Positions 15,950-29,913 of a stretch of DNA of 64,000 nucleotides are shown piece by piece (the first letter of the stretch is position 1; every line of letters starts with the position of its first letter). The notes below the pieces were generated by a model. It saw only the letters and a list, made by a program, of their open reading frames with translations, was not told the origin of the DNA and did not search any database. The stretch is taken from positions 348,130,001-348,194,000 of the forward strand of contig OZ024743.1 in the NCBI GenBank assembly GCA_964016885.1, in the 5' to 3' direction. This DNA comes from Eledone cirrhosa. Taxonomy: Eukaryota. Position numbers and translations under genes: made by a program.

Positions 15950-16750
15950 GTGAAACAGGTTATTATAGTAGAAATATCATTTTTGTATGAGGCATAAATG
16001 TGAATATACGCCATAGCTGAGGCTGTCTCTTCAATCAAAGAGATTATAAACGAATGAAGAATGACTAGGAAAGTAAGTTTTTCTCCTCGGAAACTGTCGA
16101 AGGCTGCTTGTATATAAAACAAAATATTGCTCTTGGCGAAGCCTTCAAAAGCAAGCTATGTCGATATCTGATATATGGGTGTATCCGCTCATAAAGAAAT
16201 GTTGTTGATTGAGGGAGACATACACAGGATATTAATAAAATTAACAGTTTTTGAATGTCTCGAATGCTTTTGTGATTCTGATAGAGGTTCGACGATATTT
16301 GACATGTTCAGAAAGAATTGTCTTTTCAAGCAATGCCAAAGACATTCGTTCGTTACTCCAGTTTGAATTATGTCTTTAAAAGGGCAATAGGTTCACGAGT
16401 AGGTCACCTCCTGTCAAGATATTTTTGCCATATTTCTCCTTTTCGGGAAATAACTATACTGCATTCAGAGATAATTATGTCATCAGCCAACAACTCAGTG
16501 TCCAATTGGTTAGAGTGCCCGGTATTTAGTTCTCTCCCCAATAAAAGGCTATAGTAGCCCCTTCTGTTTTGCATATGATTTAATATTCGATATAAGTAGA
16601 GTCCTTCCTTGATTGTCTTCCATGATAACACAGCTTCTCTTGAAGTTTCATTTTTGATAATGTGCTTTTTCAATACATCCTTACCAGATATTTCACGATA
16701 TCACTGGATACACATCACTTGTTAATAGTAATGGTAATTAGGAAAGCTTC
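15950..16750 (-). mobile_element. Highly decayed LINE RT remnant (CR1/L2-like)
   Basis: SWKTIKEG...SLLL...LLADD follows the S.W..V.SG...PLLF...LFADD motif order. Confidence 0.3.
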
Positions 16751-17744
16751 TCTGCTCATTTGATTCGCTGTGTTTTTTGCTTAGTTGTACTTGACTGTAA
16801 TTTTGCTTTTTTTTTAGTGTCACATTTGGTAGTTGGCGACGAATAGTCGGATAATATGGTTCTAGTATACATTCCGGATTTCAGTGCTCTATGATTTCAA
16901 ACCTCGTTGAGATGAAATTTGTTTTCATCTTTTCAAGGTCGATAAAAAAGTATCATCGCTTTCCCTGCCTTACTCTCTCACTCTCTCTTCTTTTCTGGAA
17001 GAAATCGCTATATTCTAACCTCAAGGAGGGAGATGATCCACCATGTTTAAATAACCTCAAATACTCTGTGTGACATGATGATGCTAGTACAACTCCGTTA
17101 GGATTCACAGGTTCATAAATATATATTTAACAGTAAAATATTTATCTTGTTACATTCTGACTGTAGAGGCTGTGGTGTGTTATTTGCGTTATTTCATTGA
17201 GAAAAAAGTATGTACTTTAAGAAATGTTATTGTGTGAATTAAGCCTTTCGTTCGCTTGCCTTTATGATTGCGGTTTTTTGTAGGGAGTGTTTTTGCGCTT
17301 TTCCACTGCAGCTTTTTACTAACTAATATAGTTAAAATTTATAGTTTATAGATCTATATAGTTTTCATTTTAAGCTCTGCTATAGAGATTATTTTTAAAA
17401 ATCTTTTTTCTTCATTATCACTCCTTTCCACCCACCGATTAACCACGCAAACGAAGCCACCAAACCAACCACAAACATCATCACCATAACCACAATCAAC
17501 CCCTTCTGTGACATACACCAATACCTCTACCATGAATCCAACTAATACCAGCGCCATTACAATTGCATTATCGTCAAATTCACGGCACATGACCAACATG
17601 TTACTTCAGTCATCATGACTAACCTCAATATTTATCACCTCTGAAATATCCCCTAATTATCATCATACCACCATTACTACAGTCCATCCCAGAATCCTCT
17701 TATTATTCTTTCTTTATTTTCATCATCATTACAGCCAGTACAGC

Positions 17745-17975
17745 GGCAGTAAGGGATACTCTGCATGGTCACTGAACCTGCTTGAATTAGTAGACACATT
17801 TCTCTCAAATCAAATCTTACTTAAACTCAAAAATAACTTTGGATAATACTTATTATCATGATGATCACACCATGATTTAAAGAAGATATTAAAAGGAACG
17901 TGATGGCCATATCTAGATCACATTTGTTCTTATCTCTGTTCAGCAAGAGTCGATCTGTTATTAAATATCAACCTC
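17745..17975. mobile_element. Decayed interspersed repeat, SINE-like
   Basis: ggtcactgaacctgcttgaattagtag...ctctcaaatca resembles a common octopod repeat (from recall, not verified). Confidence 0.3.
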
Positions 17976-18472
17976 AATATCACCAGCTACATGTAATAGC
18001 ACTGTATCACTTTCGATTTTAGTAAGGTATGCAGCCAGATTGGACGATTTGAAATATATATTATTCGTTTTACGTTCTCCAGATACGAAAGAAAATAGGA
18101 TTATTTCTTCTTATATAAACCCTTCAAATATTCATAATAACTGTACACGGTAGGGCCCTAAACCACTCATGCGATGACAGTCCAATGGTACTTTACGTCT
18201 TGCCAGTCTATGTGTAGCGATACACGCCAACACCAGTCATAAAATTTAGTTACATCTTCTGCTGACGATTGCTTTGTCAAACGATGTTTAATAATGATTA
18301 TGATGGTGTTGGGGACAATTAGATACCTTCACACTATCTGACAGCAGCCATTGAATACACTTACATCGACAAATAGATCCATGCATGGAATGATTTGTAA
18401 TACATGTAAGTAACTAGTTAGAAATAATACATTAAAGAAGTAAGTAATTGATATAGAATCACGTTATATGAA

Positions 18473-18600
18473 GTGGATTGGCAGTATCGGTAGGGGGTCG
18501 AGCACCTTGCTTTGAGTTCCGGCCCTTGCTATTCTGAGTTCAAATACCGCCGATGTTAAATTTGCCTTTCATCCTTACGGGGTCGATAAAATAAAGTACC
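18473..18600 (+). mobile_element. tRNA-derived SINE, 3' end interrupted
   Basis: A box tggcagtatcgg and B box gagttcaaatac, then the body cctttcatccttacggggtcgataaaataaagtacc. Seven copies occur in the window. Confidence 0.85.
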
Positions 18601-18601
18601 A

Positions 18602-18788
18602 ATAATTGTTTCTACTTTAGGCACAAGGCCAGCAATTACCCAGTGCATTACTGGTACTTTATTTTATCGACCCTGTAAGGATGAAAGGCAAAGTCAACCT
18701 CGGCGGGATTTGAACTCAGATCGTAAAGGGACGTAACTAAGCTGGAAAGCATGGCGTCCGACCCTCTACCGATACTGCCAATCCACCG
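18602..18788 (-). mobile_element. tRNA-derived SINE, full length, inserted tail-to-tail into the previous copy
   Basis: Reverse complement of the same family. taccaataat is repeated on both sides, which looks like a TSD. Confidence 0.85.
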
Positions 18789-19115
18789 TACCAATAATAC
18801 ACTAAGATAATTGCTGGCATTGTCCAAAAAGCAGAAACAGTTATATGAAAATTACAAATCAATTTACAAATCATATATGAAATATAATATAAAATAAAAC
18901 TATAATATGAACAGCTAAAGTATATACAATAATGCATAATACAAAGTATGTAATGCCTAAAGTGTATATCGTAATACTTTTTAAAGTATTGTTTACTTTT
19001 TAACTAACTAACTCTATTCTAATTATAACTTACGTTTTATAACTCTTGTAACATTTTTACTTTTTATTGATTTATTTAGGTATCATATAATATATATTAG
19101 CGTATATACTTTATA

Positions 19116-19326
19116 TTTTATATTATATAATTTTATATTATATAATTTTATATTATATAATTTTATATTATATAATTTTATATTATATAATTTTATATTA
19201 TATAATTTTATATTATATAATTTTATATTATATAATTTTATATTATATAATTTTATATTATATTATTTTATATTATATAATTTTATATTATATAATTTTA
19301 TATTATATAATTTTATGTTATATAAT
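19116..19326. repeat. 15-bp AT minisatellite (ttttatattatataa), about 14 copies
   Basis: Direct tandem periodicity. Confidence 0.9.
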
Positions 19327-19478
19327 TTGTAGTTATTAATATTACGCAAACCTATTTGATTCACCCATTATCCACTTTTTAAATTGATTACCTCCAACTA
19401 ATTACATTTATAACTTAATATAATTATAATTACCCACTCGTTGCAACTTAATCATTTTTATAATTAATTGATCATTTA

Positions 19479-20763
19479 CTAGCAGTAAAGCCCGGCGTTG
19501 CACGGGGTCGCTCAGTAGCTGTGTTAAAGTTACAATGTTAAATTTCTTTTTTGGCTTAAAAACTGTAGTGTCTACTGTGCAGACTTGCATGTGGTGTTTT
19601 TGATTAATATTCCCTCAACCAACAATATGCATTATGAATTTAAGAAAACGTAACGATGACCCGAATGTTATAACAAAAGAGGATGCTGGGGATAAAAACT
19701 GCACTGGTTATTTATTAACAAAGATCGAAAATGTAAACACTGCAACGCAGAGAAAAACATTAGCGTAACCAAATTATCAGTTATGTCTGTCTGCACGCCT
19801 ATATCACCTCTCTGCACGACTGTCTGTCTGCACGCCTATATCACCTCTCTGCACGACTGTCTGTCTGCACGCGTATATCACCTCTCTGCACGACTGTCTG
19901 TCTGCACGCGTATATCATCTCTCTGCACGACTGTCTGTCTGCACGACTGTCTGTCTGCACGCCTAACGAAATTTACAGATACATATATTTTAAATAAACT
20001 TATATAATTTTTGCTTTTTTTTACGAAATATTTGCTTGTTTTACGTAGTCTTTAAATAGACTTGTTTTCAAGTAAAAATATTGTTTTAAAAGGCTTTTAA
20101 ATGGAAATGAAGCAAAACGGAAGCTTAGTGTTCGAACTGATGAATTTTGCAGGTCAACTGTTCGTGTATTGTGTTAATGTCATTTTAAACGCTGAGAAAG
20201 CCAGCGTAATTTTTTTAATTTTTGCACGCAGACGCTCAATGTAAACAGAACAAAGGGAAATAACTCGTCACTTACGCTCAAAAATCGATACATTAGATTC
20301 GATTTCGTCACATAGGGTGGGTCAATTTGAAATATTTTTTTTCCGATGTCTTCGCTAGGGCTCAATGTACAAGTATAGCAATTTCGGTGCAATTCCGTCA
20401 GAGATTCTAAGAGGAGATGTGTGCCAAAAATCGATAGACAGACAGACAACCACAGCTTTATATATATAGATGTCTTCGCTAGGGCTCAATGTACAAGTAT
20501 AGTAATTTCGGTGCAATTCCGTCAGAGATTCTAAGAGGAGATGTGTGCCAAAAATCGATAGACAGACAGACAACCACAGCTTTATATATATAGATGACAT
20601 AATCAAAAACAAGAACTTATTTGAAAATTTATTTGACCGATGGTTCCGCCGGACCTTCATCTATAAGTGTAGCAATTTCACCGAAATTTGAAAGTACGGC
20701 TTAAGAGATGTGTGCCGAAGGTTTTAGTAGACAGACAGACAACCTCAGTTTTATATATATAGA
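19479..20763 (-). mobile_element. Non-autonomous Helitron with three stacked 5' ends
   Basis: On the minus strand, A|TCTATATATA starts occur at 20470, 20594 and 20763, each followed by (GTCT)n. The 3' hairpin is cccgtgcaacgccggg (19491-19506), then CTAG|T at 19479-19482. Confidence 0.8.
19784..19962. repeat. 37-bp minisatellite inside the Helitron
   Basis: tgtctgtctgcacgcctatatcacctctctgcacgac about 4 times, plus partial units. Confidence 0.9.
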
Positions 20764-21249
20764 TTATGTAATATTGTGATGTTTTTCTTTTGGCTAGAAC
20801 GGATGGCGTTGTCACCGATATTGGCATTAGTAGAAGGGGTAACACTCTTAGTGAATATAAACTATTATCTGGTGTGCTTTACATCCTAGAACGATCAGCT
20901 TGCTATCATCCCAGTTACCTTTGGAACGCCATCATTAGATTCCCTATCTGGAGTGCTTAGAATAATTCCCCTACATTGAACATACTCGATCGCATGAACT
21001 GCTTCTTGGACTAGAAATTGATGAGTCGGTCTCGCCTCTGATAAGGCCACACCAACGAATTTCTCTCCATTAACCTAAACTTCATATGAATCCGTAAATG
21101 TACACGCGAATGGTTTCTTTAACCAATTACTTACTTTTTAATTAATTAATTAATTACATTTTAACTGTCTACATACATTATAATTATAACTATTCACCTT
21201 TTATAACTCATTATAACTTTTTTTTATTATTATGATTATAATTATAAAA

Positions 21250-21442
21250 GGGTGGTGAATTGGCAATATCGGTAGAGCGCCAGACACCTGGCTTCACAGC
21301 ATGGAGTTACGGCGCTTTACGTTCTGAGTTCAAATCCCGCCGATATTAACTTTACCTTTCATCCTTACGAGGTTGATAAAATAAAGTACCAGTAATGCAC
21401 TGGGTATTTGCTGGCCTTGTGCCAAAAGTTGAAACAATTATT
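21250..21442 (+). mobile_element. tRNA-derived SINE, full length
   Basis: A and B boxes plus the same body and gaaacaattatt tail as the 18.5-kb copies. Confidence 0.85.
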
Positions 21443-21749
21443 TTAATTATTTATAACTGGATTCCTAATTTCTATTATCTTTGTAAACTCTACGGTTTTT
21501 ATAACGCTTTGCCTCACTAATTCTAATACTCTTTAATAGATTCACGGTCATGTTACGCTGACTTTCGGCCTGGGACTAAGACGGATATCAGATTATATGG
21601 GGCTCCCAGGCATTGTTAGATACATTAAAGATTTGGCTTTGGGTGGCTTTAGGACTGGTTAAAACCTTTCACTTATTTATCAATCTTTTTTGTTGAAGCA
21701 ATAAAATACTGAACATAAACACAGACGATGACACAAACCTAAACACACA

Positions 21750-21915
21750 AACACATCCTCACTCTTATATAGGACGGGCATCTGTAATTACCTTCTGCCA
21801 AATTCCACCCATTAATCACTGGTTTACCTCTTTGCCCAAGGTGCAGTGGAGTTGGACTGAAACTTGAACCCCACGTGTGCAAAACAACACCTTCAACACT
21901 CAAACATGCCTACGC
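21750..21915 (-). mobile_element. Decayed CORE-like SINE
   Basis: ttgcccaagg is the reverse complement of ccttgggcaa, next to a B-box-like ggttcaag. Confidence 0.45.
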
Positions 21916-22189
21916 AAAGTCTAATTAATTGCACATTATATGATCTGGTTTCTAGTCTGAAGATAACTCGTTGTTTCAATGCAATATTCCTAATGTAGCA
22001 TCCACTGTCATGTCCTAGTTTACCCGTCTTTTTCACCAGTTGCAGAGATTATGTAATGACATGGATCTGCACCCTACTTCATGATTGTCATTAATGAATA
22101 TTACCCACGGGAAATCATGAAATTTTACTGGAAGATGAGCACTCTATTTGTCCTCCGATTTAAAGGATAAGGTTCGTGGGGGAAGTCCT

Positions 22190-22410
22190 CAAATGCCATT
22201 TCCAGCGGCTCCTGTCAGAAACAAACGTCTCCAACTGATTTGGCTGAATCCCCAAGCGAGACCAGCAAAGCTCGTGGATGTTGTCCAACCATCTTGCTCG
22301 AGGTGTAAACCCTAGGCCTCCTGTCGGTTGGTTTTGCCCGTAAAATCAGTCCAGCGATTCTTTCCTGAGACATTCTAACCGCATGTCCATAGTATCTCTG
22401 AATTCGGAGA
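22190..22410 (-). mobile_element. RTE LINE 3' fragment
   Basis: The minus-strand frame reads RYYGHAVRMSQERIA, as at 62335-62380. Confidence 0.6.
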
Positions 22411-23065
22411 GGTAGCGTTTATCATTGAAGTATAACAAGATAGAACAGAAATATCGTAAGAACGTAACAGGCAGTGGATTCTTATATCATTTTTAAAAAC
22501 ATCATAAGAGGGAATAGGTGCAATTACCGTCTATAAAGGCCATCAAAGAGACAAAATCATATCCAAAAATATCAACGAAAACATCTCCAAAATTGAAGTA
22601 AGGAATGAATTTCAAATATTTGTTAATGGTAACTAGATACCATATAATTTGACAATATGGCTGGAAACTATTAAAAACAATGTAGCAAGCAGCATGAGAA
22701 GACAGCTATATTTTCGTAACTGAACATTTCAGCGGATGAATGAAGATTTTTTGACTGGTACTAAAGAAACTACAATAACATTTAACAGTAACACTACATT
22801 TTCTTTATAGTTAATGTCACGTATGTAATGCATCTAATGCCGAATTTTTAGGAACTGAGCGAACTAGGACACATCGAACTTTATTGCAGCATAATATATA
22901 ACTCTTCAAGTATTTAGTTCCTCTTTTGAAATATTAATTATTAGATTCTGTAAAGTCAATACTTTATTTTAACGGTGGAGAAGGTCGACGAATTCATAGG
23001 TGATTAATGTATCATCACTGATATGACTGTGACATCTCTCAAAACTAATTAGTTTTGGACATATA

Positions 23066-23140
<75 letters not shown>

Positions 23141-23151
23141 ATATATATACA

Positions 23152-23918
23152 GTATATATATATAAAGTTGTAGTTCCTGTCTGTTTGTTTGTTTATGAAC
23201 TCCTCCTATAGTTTTAGAGATAGACCCCCATAACCACATAAATTCTGAAACTACATTGCCCAGGGTATTGGATAAGTATATTTCATGTTAATCAATGTTT
23301 TCCTCGGGGGGCACTAACTCTAGTTGAAAACCCCGCTGAAACTTTTTCCCTTCAATTTATATGAAATTTAAACCATATATAAATTCCACGATATGATCCC
23401 CATTCACAAAATTTCATCAACTTTCAATAATACTAAGACACCGTAATGGGGGTTAAGCCCCCTATTAGGGTTACCCGGGGCGCACAAAACCCCGCTGGAA
23501 ATTGTTTCATTTCAATTGATATGAAATTTAAACGATAGGTAAATGATAAGATATGATGCCTATTCACAAAAGTTTTGAATTGCTATTTTGAACAACATTA
23601 TTTACAAGAAACAAACTAAGAATCAGATTTAATAATATAATTTGGATTTGATATATTACAAAAAATAAGTTTTCCTATTTTTCATGCATTACATGTTATA
23701 TTGAGTAATATTTGTTTCTACTTTTGGCACAAGGCCAGCAATTACCCAGTGCATTACTGGTACTTTATTTCATCGACCCCGTTGGGATGAAAGGCAAAGT
23801 TAACCTCGCGGGAAATATTGAAATGTAGAGTTTTTCTCCATAAATGATATCACTGATTTAAAATCAATCATCCTTTTCTTACGAAAAAAAGAACAAAAAG
23901 GCACGGGTAATTCGGCTA

Positions 23919-23919
<1 letters not shown>
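23152..23919 (+). mobile_element. Non-autonomous Helitron-like element containing a SINE fragment (23708-23812, minus)
   Basis: Starts tatatataaagttgtag...(GTTT)n and ends gcacgggtaattcggCTAG|T. It has an internal duplication of about 85 bp. Homologue at 48757-49270. Confidence 0.65.
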
Positions 23920-23946
<27 letters not shown>

Positions 23947-23953
<7 letters not shown>

Positions 23954-24143
23954 ATATAGAAATGCCCTTCTACAGGACTAGAATTGTTTCATCGTGAGAA
24001 ATCATCAGTGCCTAGTGATGATTTCTCCCGAATGAAACAGTTTCAGTCCTGTAGAAGCCATTTCTATATTAAATATTTATACTTTGCTATGTATTCAGTA
24101 CCTTACTTACTCTGGTTACCGCCGATTGAACGCGGGATAAACT
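23947..24143 (+). mobile_element. Family A palindromic mini-insert with HHR-like cores in both arms
   Basis: Inverted arms are about 23947-24007 and 24016-24075, plus a tail. The minus arm reads CTGATGA-tttctcacgat-GAAA-caattctag and the plus arm reads ctag-tgatga-t-ttc-tccc-gaa-t-GAAA-cagtt. Confidence 0.7.
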
Positions 24144-24196
24144 TATATATATATATATATAAATTAAACAAATATATTTACAGATACACATAAACA

Positions 24197-24231
<35 letters not shown>

Positions 24232-24247
24232 ACACGCACGCACGCAC

Positions 24248-24330
<83 letters not shown>

Positions 24331-24931
24331 CACACACGCATAAATGTGTATCTGTGTGTGCGAGCGAACATGTGCATCTGCCTGCCGGCTGTAACAAATG
24401 TAAGGGAATTATAATCGGTATTTTCCCAAATTAATTAGTTTCTTTGTGAACTTACTGTATGTATTGTAGTGGAAATGAAGCCAGATCACTCATTAAAATC
24501 TGGGAGCTAAAAATAATCCAGATGTATTTATTCTATTTCCCTTTACTATTTATATATATTGTCTTAATCTTGTATCAAGGTCTTCCTGAGATTTCTATAT
24601 CCTACCATTTTTTTAAATTAATACTATCTCCCACGATGCTACAACGAAACCACCCAGGTAGGTAACATACACATCTAAAGTACCACCCACTTACAACTCA
24701 AAGGATAAATTAATTCTTAACACAACAACGAGACATCAATTGTAGAATTCAAAAACATACATTTTATTCTATTCCCAACACCCCTTTCCCTACCCGTTTT
24801 TTGTGTTATTTTATATGAGATGAAAAGTAAAAAGGCTTGCTGGAAGCTATTGGAATATAATCCTCTTGTCTGTATATACCTAATGTCTTGATGGATATGA
24901 GTGATTATACATACACATATGTATACACACA

Positions 24932-25022
<91 letters not shown>

Positions 25023-25153
25023 GTATATATATGTGTGTATATATATATATATATACACACATATATATATGTGTATATAAGTATGCATTTATACATATAC
25101 ATATGTATATATGTATAAATATACATACATATATATATATATATATATGCATA

Positions 25154-25232
<79 letters not shown>

Positions 25233-25843
25233 GCATATATAACAGTGGATTACTAAATAAAAGAAAAAATACGTCTGTCAAAGTATTCAATACGAAACGC
25301 TAACTGAAGGCGTTAGAAGACGTAAAACGCTCTTAAAGCATTCTACTTCATTTTTTGGGCGCCTATTATTATATATTTTTGTTCAAAATCCTTTATATTA
25401 TAGCTTAGATTGCTTCATATATTTTATTGTTGGTATGAAAAATCACTATTATTGTTATTGTATTGGTATTATTCTGTCCATTCTCCGTCTCGTCTTTTTT
25501 TCTCATTTTCTTTACAACTTTTCATTGCTTTTCCCATTGCCGTATAGGTAGTGTGCTAGGTGTTAGCTATTGTATTGCTGCGGTTGCCTCGACCTATGTA
25601 TCAACCAAACTACCAAACTACCCACATGTGTATATATATATATATATATATTGTGTGTGTATGCTTTGTTTATTTAACTATTTATCGACTTACCTGTCTG
25701 TGTATCTGTGAAAGTATCTACCTACTTATCCATCTATTCATGATTATAAATCTAATTATCCTTATCAAAACCATATTTTTATCTATTATAAATTATTATA
25801 ATCACAATGAAATTAACAAGGATGTTTAAAGCAACAATAGCAA

Positions 25844-26032
25844 AATAATTGTTTCTACTTTAGGCACAAGGCCAGCAATTATCCAGTGCATTACTGGTAC
25901 TTTATTTTATCGACCCCGTAAGGATGAAAGGCAAAGTTAACCTCGGCGGAATTTGAACTCAGACCATAAAGGGACGTAACTATGCTGGAAAGCATGGCGT
26001 CCGACGCTCTACCGATACTGCCAATCCACCGC
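25844..26032 (-). mobile_element. tRNA-derived SINE, full length
   Basis: Near-identical to 18602-18788. Confidence 0.85.
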
Positions 26033-26069
26033 CTTTAACAACCTGTAGGATGAACAACAAACCTAGCAA

Positions 26070-26116
26070 AATAATGATAACTATAATGATGAAGATAATG
26101 ATTTTGATGATGATGA

Positions 26117-26149
<33 letters not shown>

Positions 26150-26158
26150 TGATGATGT

Positions 26159-26194
<36 letters not shown>

Positions 26195-26215
26195 CCATGA
26201 TAACAACAACAATAC
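26070..26215. repeat. Compound (GAT)n(GAC)n(GAT)n trinucleotide repeat
   Basis: Direct runs. Confidence 0.9.
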
Positions 26216-26449
26216 AAATTGTTCAGCACGTGTGCATTTAAAATAATAGTCGATGTTTCTGTTCAATTTGCTTGCATTTGTCAATGCTTTTGCACCGACG
26301 TGACATGTTTACATACGAAAACATTACTGCTGACTATTCTAGATGAGGAGGGTGATTTTTAACAACCTGTAGGATGAAAAACAAACCTGACAAAGGGCGG
26401 ATGAACTTATGAGAGTCAACGACCATTCAATATTGTATCTCCGGTCCAC

Positions 26450-28230
26450 AGAAATAGCGGGCAAATAGCCTTACTGCATAGACTAAAAAAGCTCATCATT
26501 TTTGTAAGGCAATCTTTCTAGAAATGGTGTCTCAATAAAATACTGGTTAGCGGTAACCTTAAGATGCAAGAGAAGGAAAACCCTAAGAAGAACTCATTTT
26601 CAATGATGTATGAAAAAACGATTAACAAAAACTTGCCATGAGATTGGAAAAAATAATGGTAACCTCTCGGAAGGTACTATACGTGAAGCTGTTAGGCACA
26701 GTAAGTTGCATGTGGACCAAACAATACATTCTTCGGATCCTGAGGTACAGACTTCCAACGGTCGTCATCAAGCAACTGTATCTTTACGCCAATGATAAAT
26801 ACCTAGAAACAATGGAATTAAAAATAGGTTTTCAGGGTGAATCTTTCTCATCACTGCATTTTGTAATGGCCATGATACTCACATCCTTTGTTCTGCCTGA
26901 GACTGGGATTGTGAACAATCTCGAGAGAGGTTGTTTGTCAAGTTGCTCATGGATGATCAGAGCTTATTTGTTAAGAATAAGCTGTTCATTACTGATTTGA
27001 GTACATTAGAATGGAATTTGGAGTTAGAAAATATACAGTCTTTTTCTATGAGATGAGAAAGAAGGATCTACAGCAAGGGAATAACACTCCCAAATGGAAA
27101 GAACATATCCGAACCTGAAGAACCTGGACACAAATATCTTGGTGAGGGTGAGGAAAACGTTGATGGTAGGATGAAAAGAATATTACTTCAAAGAATAGGA
27201 ATACTTGTAAAGACAAAACTAAATGCCCGAAATATGATGACAGCTATAAATTGCTGGGTTGTAGCAGTAGTGAGATACAGATGGGCGGTCATCAATTGGA
27301 CCAAGCAGGAACTGGAAGACATTGACAGAAAGACTAGCCCAATGAAGTGGGAAATATTGTAAGGGAGAAAATATTATGAGGCTGTATGAGTCAAGAGAGA
27401 ATGGTGGGAAAAGTTTGATTGGAATAGAAGAATGCGTCGCTGCAGAGAGGATAGGCCTAGACATTTACGTTGCAAGTAACAAAGAGATACTACTGGAATA
27501 CCTTGCCAACACAAATACGTTAGTGAAAGGAGTTGAGAAGGAAAAGCACAAATTGCGAGCGTCAATGCATTTGCATGGCCAATTCGTAAATTCGTAGATG
27601 AGACTAGACATCTGAAAACGGAAAAATCATGGGATTGGTTGAGAAGGGGAAATATGAAGAGAAGGACGGAGGCTTTGCTTTTAGCTGCCCTGGATCAAGC
27701 GCTAAGCACCAACTCAATGAAGAAATTACATGGACAAAGCGATAGCGACCAATACCACGGCAAATAGGGCTTGCACATGCATTGGCTACTTTGTTAGAGA
27801 TATGGATTCAAAGTGGAAAAAAAATGGTATCACCATGAACCGGATAGTGTAATTTGAAATGACAAAGCACAAATAAGGTGGTATCTGACTGGCAAACAAA
27901 CAGAGGTATTGAAGACCGGAAACCTGACACTGTTGTGATTGAAAAAGAGGAGAGCCAGTGGAGGATAATTGACGTCGCAATCTCTGGGTATGAGAGAACT
28001 AAAGGGAAAGAATGGGGAAAGATAAGGAATGAGTTGAGATTTGAAACAGCTCGGTTGTGGAACGTGTCAGCAAAGGCGATTCCCGTTATTATTAGTACAC
28101 TTTGATCTATACCAAAGAAATTAGAGAAGAATTTGGAAGAACGTGGAATACCACCTAACATTTCCTTCTTGTAAAAAGCAGTTCTTCTTGGTTCAGCCCT
28201 TATAGGGCGAAAGATACTGGTTATCTGAGG
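26450..28230 (+). mobile_element. R4/Dong-like non-LTR retrotransposon (RT plus restriction-like endonuclease), decayed
   Basis: Motifs in order: GFQGESFSSL, LMDD, KYLG, RLYESRENGGKSL, LHGQF, RKPDTVV..IIDVA, KAVLLGSA. Multiple stops and frameshifts. Confidence 0.85.
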
Positions 28231-28344
28231 TCGACAGACTTGATGATTTGTTTGTTTACATCTTTCACGTGAAAACAATGGTGCGAAAGCGAAATAATAA
28301 TAACAACAACAATAGATGTTATACACTTAATATATATAAAGAGA

Positions 28345-28418
<74 letters not shown>

Positions 28419-28522
28419 AATAGGTAGATAGATAGAAAAAATACATATACGTTAATTATTTATGTTCATGTACATGTGCATGTATACATGTATGTATGTA
28501 TGCATGTTTGGGTGTAAATGTG

Positions 28523-28566
<44 letters not shown>

Positions 28567-28644
28567 CAAAATAATTAATGAAAGAGGTACAAGCCGTTAA
28601 ATCATATCTTTATAAAGCTCTTACATATGATAGTGTAACATTTC

Positions 28645-28708
<64 letters not shown>

Positions 28709-29337
28709 TTTAGGGATATATATGTTTGTATGTAATGTATGTGTACAGAACTACAAAATGAGAAAAGAGAAAAAAGTAAGGTAGGAACAAAGAAAGACAG
28801 ACAGAAATAAGGTTAAACTGAAGAAAAGGGAAATAGAATACAGAAGAAAAAAGTGTGATGTCAACAGGATGATATTGTCATGTAAAAAGTAACGGAAACT
28901 TATTAAAAAAATACAACAGCCATGAGAATAACAACAAGAATAATACTTTTAATAATAACAATAACGACAAAAATAAGAAAAGATAAGAAAGAAAAATAAC
29001 AAAGCGAAATAATAAAAAAAAATCTATTAAAACTAATCAACAGAATGGATATAGGATATATAGAAAGGCAGACATCATTTTAACGAAACAAATTTATATA
29101 ACATATTCAATCTCTTTAAATTTCCGACACCACCCCCATTGCGTCCAACCAATTCATACGGCCCTTTCACGCTCAGTTATGCTCCCTAAATTTTCGTCTA
29201 TTATATTCCATTACATTTATAACTATTATTCTCCACCACCACCATCACCATCATTAAAAACGATGCCAACTCCACCATGTTTACACGACTCCATTCATCT
29301 ATCTAGATCCTTCTATGTCCCCCTCCCAATCTCTGTC

Positions 29338-29376
<39 letters not shown>

Positions 29377-29382
29377 TCTTCC

Positions 29383-29416
<34 letters not shown>

Positions 29417-29876
29417 CTCTATCCTTCTCTCAATCTAAAATCTCTATCAGTCTGCTTGATATGTCCCCATGTATAGAGCAGAACGCCCTCTATTTTCAGA
29501 TTAGCCGCCACACATATCTGACACATTAATAGGTTCATTATAAGCGGCTAATGGTGTTGATTAAGGATCTTTTCACATGTCTTACGGGTCAGCAAATGCC
29601 TGGTGTTGGTGATGGTGGAGGTGGTGGTGGTGGTCGTTGACGTGGTACTGGAGGTAGTAAAGGAAACGTAGAGAGTCTTCTCTGTGTTGTGTCAATAACA
29701 CTATATATATGCTTGTAGGCGGGCTTTTAGATATTTATATGAATATATGTATATGTTTATGCCAGTTTTCACAGAATTATCATACACAATTGTAAGATTG
29801 AATTTCTATTACATTGCATTTCTATTGTGTTTATTCATGTGTGGTATTTATATTTTCATATACTTGCGTCTCTGTG

Positions 29877-29910
<34 letters not shown>

Positions 29911-29913
<3 letters not shown>

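Noticed and set aside
17400-17735. Thr/Ser/Pro-rich, mucin-like coding stretch
   Set aside because: It has stop codons and looks like a decayed (CAC/CAT)n low-complexity tract with no supported splice structure.
18473-18560. tRNA gene
   Set aside because: It has A and B boxes but no cloverleaf, and it continues into a multi-copy SINE body.
19784-19962. 37-bp repeats of CRISPR-like length
   Set aside because: The units are contiguous with no unique spacers, there are no cas genes, and the context is a eukaryotic Helitron.
25298-25340. ctgaagg-cgt...acg-taaaa as an HHR
   Set aside because: Both core boxes are mutated, so support is insufficient.
25980-26284. Poly-His/Arg/Met/Ser ORFs
   Set aside because: They are translations of the trinucleotide repeat.
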